Assembly: GCA_035281625.1 (NCBI GenBank)
Contig: DATEDO010000024.1
Location: forward strand, 266 to 64,265
Direction: 5' to 3'
DNA from: Candidatus Methylomirabilota bacterium
Lineage (GTDB): Bacteria > Methylomirabilota > Methylomirabilia > Rokubacteriales > CSP1-6
DNA: 64,000 bases
The notes under the pieces were generated by a model that saw only the letters and a program-made list of their open reading frames with translations, ran no database searches and was not told the DNA's origin. A program made the translations under genes and the position numbers. This document shows, piece after piece, positions 1 through 10,764 of this stretch. The number at the start of each line of letters is the position of its first letter. Within the stretch, counting starts at the first letter, position 1.

Positions 1-1599
1 GGCGTGGCCACGGTCGATCCGCTGGGGCCCGACAACCCGCTCGTCGTCTCGGCGGGGCCATTCGCCGGCTCGAGCTTCTCGAACGCCAACCGGACCAGCG
101 TGGGCTGCAAGAGCCCGCTCACCGGCGGGATCAAGGAGGCCAACGGGGGGGGCACCTTCTCCTATGGCCTCGGCCAGCAGAAGATCGCCGGCTTCACCCT
201 GCACGGGGTTTCCCCCGGCTGGGTGGTGCTCCACTTCAAGAAGGCCGGCGGCATCGACTGGGACGACGCCGCGCCGTATCTCGGCAAGGGAAACTTCGAG
301 GCCCAGAACATGCTCCACGAGCGCTACGGCAAGAAGGTGACCATCGCCCTCTGCGGCCCCGTGGGCGAGTATCAGGGCCTGCTCGCCGGCATCTCCTTCA
401 GCGACAAGGACGGACGTCCCGCGCGGCTGTCCGCGCGCGGCGGCGTGGGCGCGGTGATGGGGGCGAAGAAGGTGAAGGCCATCGTGGTCGATCTCGACCG
501 CATCCCGCCCTTCGAGGACTCGAAGAAGGTGAACGCGGCCATCAAGGACTACGCCAAGATGCTGCAGGACGACTCCATGGTGAAGAACTTCTACGCCAAG
601 ATCGGCACCATGGGCATGGCGGATCTCCAGAACACGCTGGGCGGGCTGCCGGTTCGTAACTTCAGCGCGGGCCAGCAGGCCAATGTCGCGGCGGGCGAGA
701 AGTTCAAGATGGGTGGCGAGTTCATCGCCCCGCTCAACGCGTCGCGCGGCGGCGACCACACCCACGCCTGCATGCCGGGCTGCGTGATCCAGTGCAGCAA
801 CGTCTACCACGACGCCGCCGGCAAGGAGGTCGTCTCCCCGGTGGAGTACGAGACGCTGGGCCTCCTCGGCACCAACTGCGGCCTCTCCGACCCCGACGAC
901 CTCGCGCAGATGAACTACCTCGCCAACGATCTCGGGGTGGACACCATCGAGCTGGGCGCCATGATCGCGGTGCTGATGGAGGCGGGGCTGGGCTCGTTCG
1001 GTGACGTGAAGTTCATGTCCGAGGTGATGGCGGAGCTCCACCGCGGCACGCCGAACGGCCGCATCTGGGCCCAGGGCACCGCGCGGGTGGGCGAGCACTA
1101 CAAGGTGCGGCGCGTCCCTGTCATCAAGAAGCAGGCCATCAGCGCCTATGATCCGCGTGTCGTCGAGGCTACCGGTATCACCATGATGGCCACCGCGCAG
1201 GGGGCCGACCACACCGCGGGCAATCTCCCGCGGCTGAAGACCCGCGAGATGGACCTGCCCGCCATCATCGAGCAGAGCCTGCTCCAGCAGTCACGGGTCG
1301 CGGCGAGCGACTCGCTGGGCCTCTGCATCTTCGGGGGCAGCGTCACGATTCCTCAGGTGGAATTCATCACCAACGCTATCAACGCCGCCCACGGCACCAG
1401 CCTCACCAAGGACTTCTTCGAGGCGCTGGGGCGGGAGACGCTTCGGCTCGAGGCGGAGTTCAATCGGCAGGCTGGCTTCACCGCGAAGGACGACGAGCTG
1501 CCCGCCTTCTTCTACTCCGAGCCGCTGCCCCCCACCAACCACGTGGCGCGCTTCCACGGGGCGGAGGTGCACGGCATGTACGCGAAGCTCCCCGCCTGA
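1..1599 (+). CDS. aldehyde:ferredoxin oxidoreductase (AOR) family protein, 5'-truncated by the window edge
   Basis: Frame is open to nt 1. The 531 aa seen match the AOR family pattern as I recall it (CKSPLTGGIKEANGGGTF, GADHTAGN, GLCIFG). Typical members are about 600 aa, so roughly 80 N-terminal residues lie outside the window. Confidence 0.85.
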   Translation, partial: GVATVDPLGPDNPLVVSAGPFAGSSFSNANRTSVGCKSPLTGGIKEANGGGTFSYGLGQQKIAGFTLHGVSPGWVVLHFKKAGGIDWDDAAPYLGKGNFEAQNMLHERYGKKVTIALCGPVGEYQGLLAGISFSDKDGRPARLSARGGVGAVMGAKKVKAIVVDLDRIPPFEDSKKVNAAIKDYAKMLQDDSMVKNFYAKIGTMGMADLQNTLGGLPVRNFSAGQQANVAAGEKFKMGGEFIAPLNASRGGDHTHACMPGCVIQCSNVYHDAAGKEVVSPVEYETLGLLGTNCGLSDPDDLAQMNYLANDLGVDTIELGAMIAVLMEAGLGSFGDVKFMSEVMAELHRGTPNGRIWAQGTARVGEHYKVRRVPVIKKQAISAYDPRVVEATGITMMATAQGADHTAGNLPRLKTREMDLPAIIEQSLLQQSRVAASDSLGLCIFGGSVTIPQVEFITNAINAAHGTSLTKDFFEALGRETLRLEAEFNRQAGFTAKDDELPAFFYSEPLPPTNHVARFHGAEVHGMYAKLPA

Positions 1600-1606
1600 T
1601 CCGGCC

Positions 1607-2353
1607 TCATCGCCGGACCGAGAGGGCGTAGCCGGACAGCGCGAGCAGCGGGAGGGCGAGGCCGGTGGCGAGCCACGCCACCCGGCCCGCCCGGCCCGCG
1701 AAGTCTCCGCGGTGGAGCCGCTCGACCACGCCCGTCCCCGGCGCGGGCGCTCCCGAGCTCGTCCGCGCGGCCAGTTGGGCGCCGCTGAGCCCGAGGGCGA
1801 GGCTGCCGCCCAGCGCGAGGATGCCGATCACGCGATGGATGCGGGTGGCGCGGCTGCGGATCGGCCGCGCGCTCTCCCGGGGCAGCAGAATGAAGCCCAG
1901 CGCGCCGTGCGCCGCGATGGCCAGGCCCAGCAGCGCGACCAGGGCCGCGCCGATGCCGCCCAGGTGAAGGGCCGCGTGCAGGGAGCGCACCGCCACCATG
2001 ACCGAGCGATCGGGGAGCCGCGTGTGGATCACCGCGCGCGCATAGGGATCCACCCAGACCTCTAACCGGTCGCTGCGCCAGGCGAGCGTCACCCGGTACG
2101 CCTCGTCCGGCCCCGCGGGCGCCTGTACGGCTCGGAGCTCGGCGCCGGGGAAGGGGACGCGCGCGATGTCTGCGATGGCGTCGGGCGCGGCGGGAACCCG
2201 CCCATGCGCGCGCGCCGCGGGCGGGCGGCCCTCCAGCAGAGCCTCGATGGGATCGCGCAGCAGGAGCGCCACGCCGCTCAGCGCGAACAGGACCACGAAG
2301 GGCCCCGTCACGAAGCCCATCCAGCGGTGCAGGCGGCGCAGCGTGGCGCTCAT
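1607..2353 (-). CDS. PepSY-associated TM helix domain membrane protein
   Basis: Start trimmed to ATG 2353 ([19 protein letters not shown], the LHRW-x-G N-terminus typical of this family). Several hydrophobic helices. The longer ORF to 2389 would overlap the divergent AKR start. Confidence 0.7.
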   Translation of the reverse strand: MSATLRRLHRWMGFVTGPFVVLFALSGVALLLRDPIEALLEGRPPAARAHGRVPAAPDAIADIARVPFPGAELRAVQAPAGPDEAYRVTLAWRSDRLEVWVDPYARAVIHTRLPDRSVMVAVRSLHAALHLGGIGAALVALLGLAIAAHGALGFILLPRESARPIRSRATRIHRVIGILALGGSLALGLSGAQLAARTSSGAPAPGTGVVERLHRGDFAGRAGRVAWLATGLALPLLALSGYALSVRR

Positions 2354-2379
2354 CCGAGCGTCAGTGTATTCTGCCCGCC

Positions 2380-3363
2380 ATGGAGACACGAACCCTCGGT
2401 GGGAGCTCCCTCTCGGTGTCCGCGCTCGGCCTGGGCTGCATGTCGCTGTCCGGCGTCTATGGCCCGGCGGACGACGCGGCCTCGCTGCGCCTCGTCCAGC
2501 ATGCGCTCGACCGCGGCATCACGCATCTCGACTCCTCCGACATGTACGGCTGGGGCCACAATGAGACCCTCCTGGGCCGCGCCATCAAGGGCCGCCGGGG
2601 GCAGGTGATGCTCGCCACCAAGTTCGGCCAGGTGCGAAACCCGAACGGCGGCAACCTCGTCAACGGCCGGCCGGAGTATGTCCGCGAGGCCTGCGACGCG
2701 AGCCTGGCGCGACTGGGTGTGGACGTGATCGACCTCTACTACCAGCACCGCGTGGACCCGTCCGTCCCCATCGAGGACACGGTGGGCGCGATGAAGGGGC
2801 TGGTCGAGGCGGGCAAGGTGCGCGCCCTCGGCCTCTCCGAGGCGGCGCCGACGACCATCCGGCGCGCCCACGCCGTCCATCCGATCTCGGCCGTCCAGAG
2901 CGAGTACTCGCTCCTCTATCGCGTCGAGGCGGAAGAGACCCTGAGGACTTGCCGCGAGCTGGGCATCTCGTACGTGGCGTATTCCCCGCTGGGCCGCGGC
3001 TTCCTGACCGGGCAGATCCAGAAGCCCGCCGACATTCCCGAGGGCGATCGCCGGCGCGACCATCCGCGCTTCCAGGACGGTCACTTCGCCCACAACGTGG
3101 ACCTGGTTCATCGCCTCGAGGCGATCGCCGCGGAGAAGGGCTGCTCGCCGTCGCAGCTGGTGCTCGCCTGGCTGCTCGCGCAGGGCCCCGACGTGCTGCC
3201 CATCCCCGGCACCAAGCGGGAGGATCGCCTCGCGGAGAACCTGGGCGCCCTGGCGGTGCGCCTGTCCGCGGCGGACGTGGCGCGCATCTCCGCCGCCGTG
3301 CCGCCTGGCGCCGCCGCGGGGACGCGCTATCCCGCGGGGATGATGAAGGGCGTCCACATCTAG
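2380..3363 (+). CDS. aldo/keto reductase
   Basis: Full-length AKR pattern: [42 protein letters not shown]; 327 aa. Confidence 0.9.
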   Translation: METRTLGGSSLSVSALGLGCMSLSGVYGPADDAASLRLVQHALDRGITHLDSSDMYGWGHNETLLGRAIKGRRGQVMLATKFGQVRNPNGGNLVNGRPEYVREACDASLARLGVDVIDLYYQHRVDPSVPIEDTVGAMKGLVEAGKVRALGLSEAAPTTIRRAHAVHPISAVQSEYSLLYRVEAEETLRTCRELGISYVAYSPLGRGFLTGQIQKPADIPEGDRRRDHPRFQDGHFAHNVDLVHRLEAIAAEKGCSPSQLVLAWLLAQGPDVLPIPGTKREDRLAENLGALAVRLSAADVARISAAVPPGAAAGTRYPAGMMKGVHI

Positions 3364-3397
3364 CGCCGCGGCGCTGCCCGGCGCCCCCGCCGGTCCG

Positions 3398-4261
3398 CTA
3401 CTTCCGCAGGCTCCGGACGAGAGCGGCGATCTTGTCGGCAAAGATGACCTGGCTGTCGTCCTCGGGCCGGTAGCCGAGCTTCTCCCGCGCGCTGGCCAGG
3501 CTCCAGAAGCGGTGGGTGTTCCCGCTGATCCCGTACACGATGAGGAACGGCACCCCGCGCTCGTCCCGGATGTCCTCGGCCTCCACCATGCGGATGGCCT
3601 GCTGCGCCTGATCGCGCGCGGACAGATACGCGCCCAGGGCGCGGTGCATGACGGGCAGATCGCCGGGCCTCACGTGGTCGATGTCGTCGTCGCGGGGGCC
3701 GCCGATGCGCCACTGCACCACCTCGAGGGCGCGCGGCGGCACCTTCCCAGTGGCGAACACGAAGCCCAGCAGCTCGTAGGCGGCCTTGGACCAGCCGTAC
3801 CAGTTGTCCGAGCGCGGCGGCATCTCCGGCGTGACCATGTCGAGCCGCCCGTCCCACACCAGCCGCTCGTAGTAGTCGGAGGCGTGATTGGAGCTGGCCA
3901 CCACCACCCGGCGCACACCTTCCTCGAGCGCGGTGCGGTAGACGTTGTAGGCGAGCGCCACGTTCTCGTGCTCTGCCCAGAACTTGGCGTCGCCGTTGTC
4001 CTGCCAGGTGGTGGCGTCGAGCCCCGCCGCGCGCACGTAGCCGCAGTGAATGACCGCGTCGGCGCCGCGGAAGTGCGGCCGATAGCGGTCGCGGTCGCGC
4101 TCGGTGAGGTCCGCGACCACGAGGCCGGGGACGGGCCGACCCTCGGCGGTACGGTCGCGCACGTCGATGGGGACGAGGTCCCAGCGCTCGGCGAGGGCCG
4201 CGAACATCCGCTGGGCGACGTAGCCCGCCGCTCCCGTCAGCACCACGCGACGCCGGGCCAT
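3398..4261 (-). CDS. NAD-dependent epimerase/dehydratase family protein
   Basis: N-terminal Rossmann motif VVLTGAAGYVA; 287 aa, extended-SDR-like; ATG at 4261. Confidence 0.85.
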   Translation of the reverse strand: MARRRVVLTGAAGYVAQRMFAALAERWDLVPIDVRDRTAEGRPVPGLVVADLTERDRDRYRPHFRGADAVIHCGYVRAAGLDATTWQDNGDAKFWAEHENVALAYNVYRTALEEGVRRVVVASSNHASDYYERLVWDGRLDMVTPEMPPRSDNWYGWSKAAYELLGFVFATGKVPPRALEVVQWRIGGPRDDDIDHVRPGDLPVMHRALGAYLSARDQAQQAIRMVEAEDIRDERGVPFLIVYGISGNTHRFWSLASAREKLGYRPEDDSQVIFADKIAALVRSLRK

Positions 4262-4433
4262 CTCAGCGGTCGACTCGGCTCATCGTGGCGAGCCCGGCGA
4301 GGGTCAGCAGGACGTGGGGCGGGTGCGTGGCGAGCGACATGAGTCCTCCTGCGAGATCCGGGATGCCGGCTGGATGGCCGATGGTAGCATGCTGAGGGAG
4401 CATCGAGCCGTGCACCCCAGCCAGGAGGCTGCC

Positions 4434-4706
4434 GTGGCCACCGATCGCTACATCAAGGCCGTGCTGACCATCATCGCGCTCGCGCTCACCGCGCTCGTCG
4501 TGCGCCCGTGGCTGCCCGAGCCGGGCCCGGCCCATGCGCAGGTGCCGAAGTACGAGGTCTCCATCCCGAAGGAGTGGGGCAAGCTCGTGGCCTACAGCAA
4601 CAACAACCTGCTTCTCGAAGCGCCGGACAAGACCATGCGCGTCGTCGACATCGAGGGCAGGGCGCCCGAGTATCCGAAGGTCAAGGCGCTCATCCGCTGG
4701 CAGTGA
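4434..4706 (+). CDS. hypothetical membrane-anchored protein
   Basis: GTG 4434 lies 5 nt after AGGAGG (4423-4428). One N-terminal TM helix (AVLTIIALALTALVV), then a soluble domain. No family recognised. Its stop overlaps the next start (GTGA at 4703-4706). Confidence 0.5.
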   Translation: MATDRYIKAVLTIIALALTALVVRPWLPEPGPAHAQVPKYEVSIPKEWGKLVAYSNNNLLLEAPDKTMRVVDIEGRAPEYPKVKALIRWQ

Positions 4707-5080
4707 TCCGGTTCCTGCTCGTGCGGGCGATCCGGGCCGCGGCGGCGCTCCTCCTGGTGCTGGCGAGCGCCACCCCCGGCGCGCCGCAGGCGCGCTCGTC
4801 GACGGGGACCTTCCGCGTGGAGGAGGACGCGGGTGCGCCCACCCGGGGTGCCGTAGTGGGGTGGGTCTACAACGAGGGGCGCGAGACGGTGGGCCTGCTG
4901 CGGCTGCGCATGGACGTGCTCGACGAGTCCGGGCAGGTGGTGGCGGTGCAGCGGGGCTGGGCTTACGGCAATCTACGCCCCGGCGACCGCGCCTATTTCC
5001 GCATCCCGCTCCCCGGCCGGCCCGGCCGGCGCGTCGTGGTCGTCGAGTCCTTCGTCATCCAGTCGGTCGAGTCGCCCTAG
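4703..5080 (+). CDS. hypothetical secreted protein
   Basis: GTG 4703 is coupled to the upstream stop. Signal-peptide-like N-terminus (AALLLVLASATPGAPQA) followed by a beta-rich domain. No confident family. Confidence 0.55.
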   Translation: MIRFLLVRAIRAAAALLLVLASATPGAPQARSSTGTFRVEEDAGAPTRGAVVGWVYNEGRETVGLLRLRMDVLDESGQVVAVQRGWAYGNLRPGDRAYFRIPLPGRPGRRVVVVESFVIQSVESP

Positions 5081-6129
5081 ACCCCGGCCAGGCGGAGCGT
5101 GGCCTCGATGTTCCCTGGCGCGGGCTTGCGGGTCCCGGCGTCGATCTCGCGCACCGTCTGCACGATGGCCGCCGACACCGGCGTGGGCACGCCCCGCTCC
5201 CGTCCCAGCGTCACCACGTGACCGTTCATGTAGTCGATCTCGGTGGGACGGCCCTTGATCACGTCCTGTGCCATGGACGCCCGCCAGTTACGGCCGCCTG
5301 CCGAGGCCGGGGTCAGCATGCGATCGAGCATGTCCCACGTCTCGCGCTGATCGGCCCTGGCCCAGGTGGCAGCCTCCTGGCCCCCGAACTTGGCGATGCG
5401 ATACCCCGCGGCCAGCCCCACGCGCGCGGACTCCGCGGCGAGGTGGATGGTGATGGCGCGACCCACCTCGCTCGACATCACCTCGAGGGTGCCCAGCCCG
5501 GTCATCGCCTGCACGGGGTTGCCCATGGCGTTCTGCGAGAGCTTGGCCCAGCGCTCCCCCCAGAGATTGTCGGTGGCCCTGGCGCCGTCGATCACCGAGA
5601 GCATTTCGGCCAGCTCCGTCACGCGCGGGGTGATGCGCCCGTCGTGCTCGCCCGGCCGGAACACGTCGTGGCCCTTGCCCTCGCCCCTCTCCATGCCCCG
5701 CTCCACGTGACCCGGCTTCCAGAGCGCCACGCCGATCTTCGACATGATGAGCCCCACGGAGCGGCCCTCGCCCGCCACCGCCGCCACCATGGGGTCGGGC
5801 CAGCAGTTCTGGGACGAGACGACGTAGCCGTCGTCACGCAGATGCCGGAGCGCCAGCTGTGTGGCCCACGGCGTGTCGTAGGCCTTCATGGCCACGAAGG
5901 CGATTTCGAAGTCGCGGGGCAGGCGCTGGGCCTCGTGCAGATGCACGGCCTTGGGCCGAGCCTCGAAGGGATCGTGGGGCCCGCTCACGGATATCCCTTT
6001 TTGGCGGACGACGTCCACCTGCTCCGCCCAGGGGTCGACGATGGTCACGTCGTGCCCCGCCCGGGTGAGGAATGCGCCGAGATAGCTACCGATGGCCCCG
6101 CCGCCCACGAAGAGAAGTTTTCGGTTCAT
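5077..6129 (-). CDS. 2-dehydropantoate 2-reductase (ApbA/PanE) family oxidoreductase
   Basis: Track ORF trimmed to ATG 6129 (MNRKLLFVGGGAIGSYLG, a GxGxxG motif). Paralog of 47760..48800 (shared GEHDGRITPR and NLWGERW-KL motifs). Confidence 0.85.
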   Translation of the reverse strand: MNRKLLFVGGGAIGSYLGAFLTRAGHDVTIVDPWAEQVDVVRQKGISVSGPHDPFEARPKAVHLHEAQRLPRDFEIAFVAMKAYDTPWATQLALRHLRDDGYVVSSQNCWPDPMVAAVAGEGRSVGLIMSKIGVALWKPGHVERGMERGEGKGHDVFRPGEHDGRITPRVTELAEMLSVIDGARATDNLWGERWAKLSQNAMGNPVQAMTGLGTLEVMSSEVGRAITIHLAAESARVGLAAGYRIAKFGGQEAATWARADQRETWDMLDRMLTPASAGGRNWRASMAQDVIKGRPTEIDYMNGHVVTLGRERGVPTPVSAAIVQTVREIDAGTRKPAPGNIEATLRLAGV

Positions 6130-6182
6130 GGCGGGGATTATGGCACGCCGGCGGGGCCTGCGACAGCCGCGTCGGGCGCGCG

Positions 6183-8120
6183 CTAAGCTCCGCGCGCCCC
6201 CGCGACCAGCGCCTCCGCGACCAGCTCTGCCGGTTCCGGGATCGGCGTCTCGCCACTGCCCAGACCCTCCAGCGGGTGCACGGTGATGAGGCTCGCGAAG
6301 CCCTTGGCCCGCACGCGGCGCGCGTTCCCAACCCGCACCGCGTCGCCCACCCGCTCCACCACCGCGCTCGACAGGAGGATCTCGCCGCCGAAGGCGATGG
6401 CCTGGATACGCGCGGCCAGATTCACCGGCGAGCCGACCACCCCGTACTTGACGCGGTCGCGGCCCCCGATATTGCCCGCCACCACCGGCCCCACGTGGAC
6501 GCCGATACCCATGCTGAGCTCCGGCAGGCCGAGCCGCCGGTTCTCCACGTTCAGCGCGGCCATCGCGCACTGCATGTCCCAGGCGCAGCGCGCCGCCCGC
6601 TCCGCGTCGTCGGCGTGCTGGAACGGCGCTCCGAAGAGCACGAGGATGGCGTCGCCGATGAACTCGTTGATCATGCCGCCGTGGTCATGGATCACGCGCG
6701 TCATGGCGGCGAGATAACGGTTGAGCAGGTCGATCATCACCTCCGGCCCGAGGCGCTCGGACAGCTCCGAGAACCCGCGGAGGTCGGACATGAGAATGGT
6801 GACCTCGCGCAGCTCGCCGCCCAGCCGCACCGAGTCGGGATCCCGAAGCACGCGCTCCGCCAGGTCGGGGCTCACGTAGCGGCCCAGGGTCTGGCGCACG
6901 AACTCCCGGTCGCGGAGGGCGCGCACCATCTCGCTCATCGCGCGGGTGAGCACGCCGATCTCGTCGTGGCTGCGGGGCCGCACCACGGTGTCCAGCTGCC
7001 CCTGACGGATGCGCAGGGCGACGCGCGCGAGCTCCTGAAGAGGCCTCGCCATCCATCGGGCCGTCGCGATGCCGAGGCCGAGCGCGACGATCACGGCGAG
7101 GCTGCCGAGGAGCAGGGCGCGGCGTGCCTGGCGATCCACGCGGGCGGTGTAGTCACGCTCCGGCACCACCACCTCCGCGCGCCAGCCGAGGCCGCCCGCG
7201 GGCAGGGGCACCGCGCGGGCGAGATAGCGCTCGCCCGCATGGGTGAACTCCACGGTGGTGTGGGCGCCGGCGTCGACGGGTACCCGGATCAGGGCGGCGT
7301 CGGGAATCGCCGACGCGGCCGCCGTACGCCGACGCTGGCCCACCAGGGGACGGCCCTCGTGCGTGGCCAGGAACACTCGGCCGCGGGGGGACACCTGCAC
7401 CTCGTCCAGGAACTCTCCCAGCCGCGCCAGGGAGAAGTCCACGGTGAACACGCCCTGCACGACACCGGCCCAGTCCAGCAGCGGCATCGCGCAGGTGAGC
7501 CCGGGTCCGCCGCTCGCGTAGAAGTCGTAGGGATCGGTCCACGTGAGATCGCCCTTGGCCGCCGCCAGCCGGAAGAACGGCCGCTGGCTTGGCCGATAGC
7601 CGTGGTCGTCGCGGCGCTTCACGGCGAGGCGGCGGCCGTCGGGCAGCATGCGGTCTTCCTCGAGACGGATCCGTCCCGCGTGGGGGAAGCTGCGGTTGAC
7701 GAAGATCTCGCCCTCGGCGTTCCGCCAGGCGCCGACGAAGCGGTCGTCCCGATCGCCGTAGCTCGCCCAGGTCAGCTCCGGATGCGCCCGCAGCACGCCA
7801 AGCACGAAGGTCTCGAGCGCGTCGAAGTTCTCGGGATCGAGCCGTCCCTCGCGCACGAGCTGCGGACCGAGCCGTGCCGACCACTCGGCATTGCGGAGGA
7901 AGCGCGCGGTGTGCGTGGCCACGAGCTGCCCCGCCTGGGCCATCGCGGCATCGGCGAGCGCGCGAGTCTGCGCGCGCTGCTCCCGCCAGGCGAGCCAGCC
8001 GATGCTCGCCCCGGTGAACGCGGTGAGAGCCACGACGAGCGTCACGAGGGCGACGGAGAAGCGGGGCCGCCAGCGCAGTCTCAGCAGGATGCGGGCGAGC
8101 GGGCGAGGCATCGCGTTCAC
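6183..8120 (-). CDS. membrane sensor adenylate/guanylate cyclase with HAMP domain
   Basis: TM helix, about 300-aa extracytoplasmic region, second TM, HAMP (RPLQELARVALRIRQG), then a class III cyclase domain (ILMSDLRGFS, FIGDAILVLFGAP, GSPVNLAARI). Start is GTG 8120 or ATG 8111. Confidence 0.9.
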   Translation of the reverse strand: MNAMPRPLARILLRLRWRPRFSVALVTLVVALTAFTGASIGWLAWREQRAQTRALADAAMAQAGQLVATHTARFLRNAEWSARLGPQLVREGRLDPENFDALETFVLGVLRAHPELTWASYGDRDDRFVGAWRNAEGEIFVNRSFPHAGRIRLEEDRMLPDGRRLAVKRRDDHGYRPSQRPFFRLAAAKGDLTWTDPYDFYASGGPGLTCAMPLLDWAGVVQGVFTVDFSLARLGEFLDEVQVSPRGRVFLATHEGRPLVGQRRRTAAASAIPDAALIRVPVDAGAHTTVEFTHAGERYLARAVPLPAGGLGWRAEVVVPERDYTARVDRQARRALLLGSLAVIVALGLGIATARWMARPLQELARVALRIRQGQLDTVVRPRSHDEIGVLTRAMSEMVRALRDREFVRQTLGRYVSPDLAERVLRDPDSVRLGGELREVTILMSDLRGFSELSERLGPEVMIDLLNRYLAAMTRVIHDHGGMINEFIGDAILVLFGAPFQHADDAERAARCAWDMQCAMAALNVENRRLGLPELSMGIGVHVGPVVAGNIGGRDRVKYGVVGSPVNLAARIQAIAFGGEILLSSAVVERVGDAVRVGNARRVRAKGFASLITVHPLEGLGSGETPIPEPAELVAEALVAGARGA

Positions 8121-8228
8121 GCGCGCACGGAGTGCAGTATCGGTGCCATGAGGTCGACCCTCATGTTCACGCGGGGTTCGCGTCTCCTCGGAGGGCGCGC
8201 GACGGACACCGCGCCCGAGGCGCGGTCA

Positions 8229-8257
8229 ACCCGCCCGGCTCGATGAGCCGGGCGGGT
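8229..8257 (-). terminator. stem-loop downstream of htrA (putative intrinsic terminator)
   Basis: Perfect 13-bp inverted repeat ACCCGCCCGGCTC / GAGCCGGGCGGGT with a 3-nt loop, 14 nt after the htrA stop. No clear U-tract. Confidence 0.6.
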
Positions 8258-8270
8258 GTTCTACCAGCGA

Positions 8271-9647
8271 TCAGGCCGTGAGGGTCACGTAGCGCTCCGC
8301 CTTGTCTCGGCGGATGAGGAGCAGGATGGGATTGCCCTTCTGGGTCTTCTCCACCGCCTGACGCAGCTCCTCCACGCTGGTGACGGCCCGGCGGTTGGCC
8401 TGGAGGATGACGTCGGCGGGCCGCAGGCCGGCTTCCGCGGCGGGGCTGCCGTCGCGCACCTCTCGCACCACGACGCCCCGAAGATTCCTGGGCAGCGACA
8501 GCTCTTCGGCGAGGTCAGGCGTGAGCGGCCCCACCACCAGACCGAGGCGGCCCTGGCTCTCCGCGCTGGCCCGGGCCGACCCGCGGGTCTCCCCATCGTC
8601 GAGCCGCGCCACGGTCACGTTCAGGGTCACCGGCTTGCCGTCGCGGATCACCGAGAGGGCCACCGGGCGGCCGGGCTCGAGATTGGCTACCAGCGGGGGT
8701 AGGTCGGCCGAGCGCGCGACGGGCCGCCCCGCCACCGACACGATCACGTCGCCCTGCTTGACGCCGGCGACCGCAGCGGGCGAGTCCTCGGTCACCTGGG
8801 CGACGAGCGCACCGTGGCCGTCGGCCAGGCCGAGGCTCTTGACCAGGGCGGGGGTCAGCTCCTGGATGGTCACGCCGAGCCAGCCCCGCTCGACGCGGCC
8901 ATTCGCCGCAAGCTGGGTGAACACGCTCTTGGCGAGGTTCACGGGAATGGAGAAGCCGATGCCCACCGAGCCGCCGGTGCGGCTGAAGATCACCGAGTTG
9001 ATGCCCACGACCTGGCCGCGGGCGTTGACGAGCGGGCCACCGCTGTTGCCGGGGTTGATGGGCGCGTCGGTCTGGACGAAGTCGTCGTAGGGACCGGCTC
9101 CGATGACGCGGCCGGTGGCGCTGACGATGCCGGTGGTAACGGTCTGCTCGAGACCGAAGGGATTGCCGATCGCCATCACGGGCTCGCCGACCTGCAGGGC
9201 GGCGGAGTCGCCGAGCGGGATCACCGGCAGCCCCCTGGCGTCGACCTTCAGCAGGGCGAGGTCGGTCTTGGGGTCCCGGCCCACGATCGTGGCATCGAAC
9301 TCGCGCCCATCCGAGAGCTTGAGCCGAATGGTGCCCGCGTCCTCGACGACGTGGTTGTTGGTGACGACGTAGCCGTCGGGGTTGATGATGAAGCCCGAGC
9401 CCGTGCCGCGGCCGCCGTCGCGCCGCGCGCTGACGTTCACCACGGCGGGTTTCACCGCCTTTGCGATCTCCACCCAGTTGGGGGCGGGGATGGTGAGGGC
9501 GCTCACGCTCACGGGCTGCTCCGTCCAGACGGGAGCGGCGGAGCGGCTCCAGCCGGGCGGGGCGACCAGGACCACCACGGTCAAGGCGAGGGCCAGCAGG
9601 CCGGCCGAAGGCAAGGCCCACCGATGACGTTCCAGAAAGCCGTTCAT
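8271..9647 (-). CDS. htrA: Do/DegP/HtrA family periplasmic serine protease
   Basis: Signal anchor, trypsin-like domain with GNSGGPL, two PDZ-like segments. AGGAGGAGGAA lies just upstream of ATG 9647. Confidence 0.92.
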   Translation of the reverse strand: MNGFLERHRWALPSAGLLALALTVVVLVAPPGWSRSAAPVWTEQPVSVSALTIPAPNWVEIAKAVKPAVVNVSARRDGGRGTGSGFIINPDGYVVTNNHVVEDAGTIRLKLSDGREFDATIVGRDPKTDLALLKVDARGLPVIPLGDSAALQVGEPVMAIGNPFGLEQTVTTGIVSATGRVIGAGPYDDFVQTDAPINPGNSGGPLVNARGQVVGINSVIFSRTGGSVGIGFSIPVNLAKSVFTQLAANGRVERGWLGVTIQELTPALVKSLGLADGHGALVAQVTEDSPAAVAGVKQGDVIVSVAGRPVARSADLPPLVANLEPGRPVALSVIRDGKPVTLNVTVARLDDGETRGSARASAESQGRLGLVVGPLTPDLAEELSLPRNLRGVVVREVRDGSPAAEAGLRPADVILQANRRAVTSVEELRQAVEKTQKGNPILLLIRRDKAERYVTLTA

Positions 9648-9774
9648 GTGTTCCTCCTCCTGTTGGGGACCACCGCCCGAACCGTTCCGGGCGCACCTGA
9701 GGAGACGTACAACCCCGGGGGAACATTCACCGGAGGGCCTTGACGGGCGGCGGCCCGGCCGGGGAAGGTGGGGC

Positions 9775-10755
9775 GTGGCGGACGATTCCGGGTCCGATAA
9801 CGACCCTCAAGAGGTGCTGCACGAGCGCGGCGTGACCGACGGCTTGCCCGTGGTTCTCCCGACCGCGGAGCGCGTGCGCGCGGCGCTGGCCGCGAGCGGG
9901 CGGCCGGGCGACGAGCTCGTCGGCCTCCTGGCGCCGCGGCTCGGCCGGGCCACCGTCCAGCGCATCGCGGTGAACGCGGTGATGGCGGGCTGCCGGCCCG
10001 AATTCATGCCCGCGGTCATCGCCGGGGTGGAGGCCATCTGCGACCCCGACTTCTCCCTCGTGGGGATATCGGGGACCACCGACGCGGTGGCGCCCCTGCT
10101 CATCGTGAACGGGCCGGCCCGTGGCGCGCTCGGGGTGAACTCGGGAGCGGGCGCCTTCGGGCCGGGCTGGCGCGCCAACGCCACCATCGGCCGAGCGGTG
10201 CGGCTCTGCTGGCTGAACATCGGCGGGGCCGCGCCCGGCGTGATCAGCATGTCGACCTTCTCCCAGCCGGGGCGCTACACCTACTGCATCGGCGAGAACG
10301 AGGAGGCGAGCCCGTGGGAGCCGCTCCACGTCGAGCACGGCTTCGGAGCGGCGGAGAGCACGGTGGGCGCGATGGTCGCGGAGAGCCTGCAGGTGGTCGC
10401 CGATACCCAGCACCGGCGGGCGCGCGAGGTGCTCACCACCATCGCTCGCAGCGGCGCGGTGATCGCGAGCGAGGCGCATGGCGGGCTCACCGACACCCTG
10501 CTCGTGGTGAGCCCCGAGCACGCGCGCACCATCGGCGAGGACGGCTGGTCGAAGGCCGACGTGCGCGAGTTCCTCTGGCGGGAGACGCGGGCGCTGGTGA
10601 ACGGCGCGCTGGTGCCGAAGTTCCACGAGCCACGCCACCTGCACATCGTGGTGGCGGGCGGCCCCGCCGGCCGCTTCTCCGCGTGGATCCCCGGCTGGCC
10701 CTTCACCGGCTCGCCCGCGCGCCTGGTCCTGAAGCCCATACGCCCGGGCGCCTGA
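9775..10755 (+). CDS. conserved hypothetical protein
   Basis: Coding-like composition over about 326 aa. GTG 9775 follows GGGGAAGGTGGGG. I do not recognise a family. The start is uncertain. Confidence 0.6.
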   Translation: MADDSGSDNDPQEVLHERGVTDGLPVVLPTAERVRAALAASGRPGDELVGLLAPRLGRATVQRIAVNAVMAGCRPEFMPAVIAGVEAICDPDFSLVGISGTTDAVAPLLIVNGPARGALGVNSGAGAFGPGWRANATIGRAVRLCWLNIGGAAPGVISMSTFSQPGRYTYCIGENEEASPWEPLHVEHGFGAAESTVGAMVAESLQVVADTQHRRAREVLTTIARSGAVIASEAHGGLTDTLLVVSPEHARTIGEDGWSKADVREFLWRETRALVNGALVPKFHEPRHLHIVVAGGPAGRFSAWIPGWPFTGSPARLVLKPIRPGA

Positions 10756-10764
10756 CGCCCGGGG

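Noticed and set aside
5077-6570. N-terminal extensions of many track ORFs (5077..6570, 20396..22558, 26114..27928, 26800..28371, 28025..29200, 33981..36188, 46582..48546, 49434..50525, 52381..53481, 52884..54134).
   Set aside because: The extensions are Arg/Pro/Gly-rich and overlap the neighbouring genes. Each gene has an internal ATG/GTG where family homology begins, usually with an SD or a stop-start overlap.
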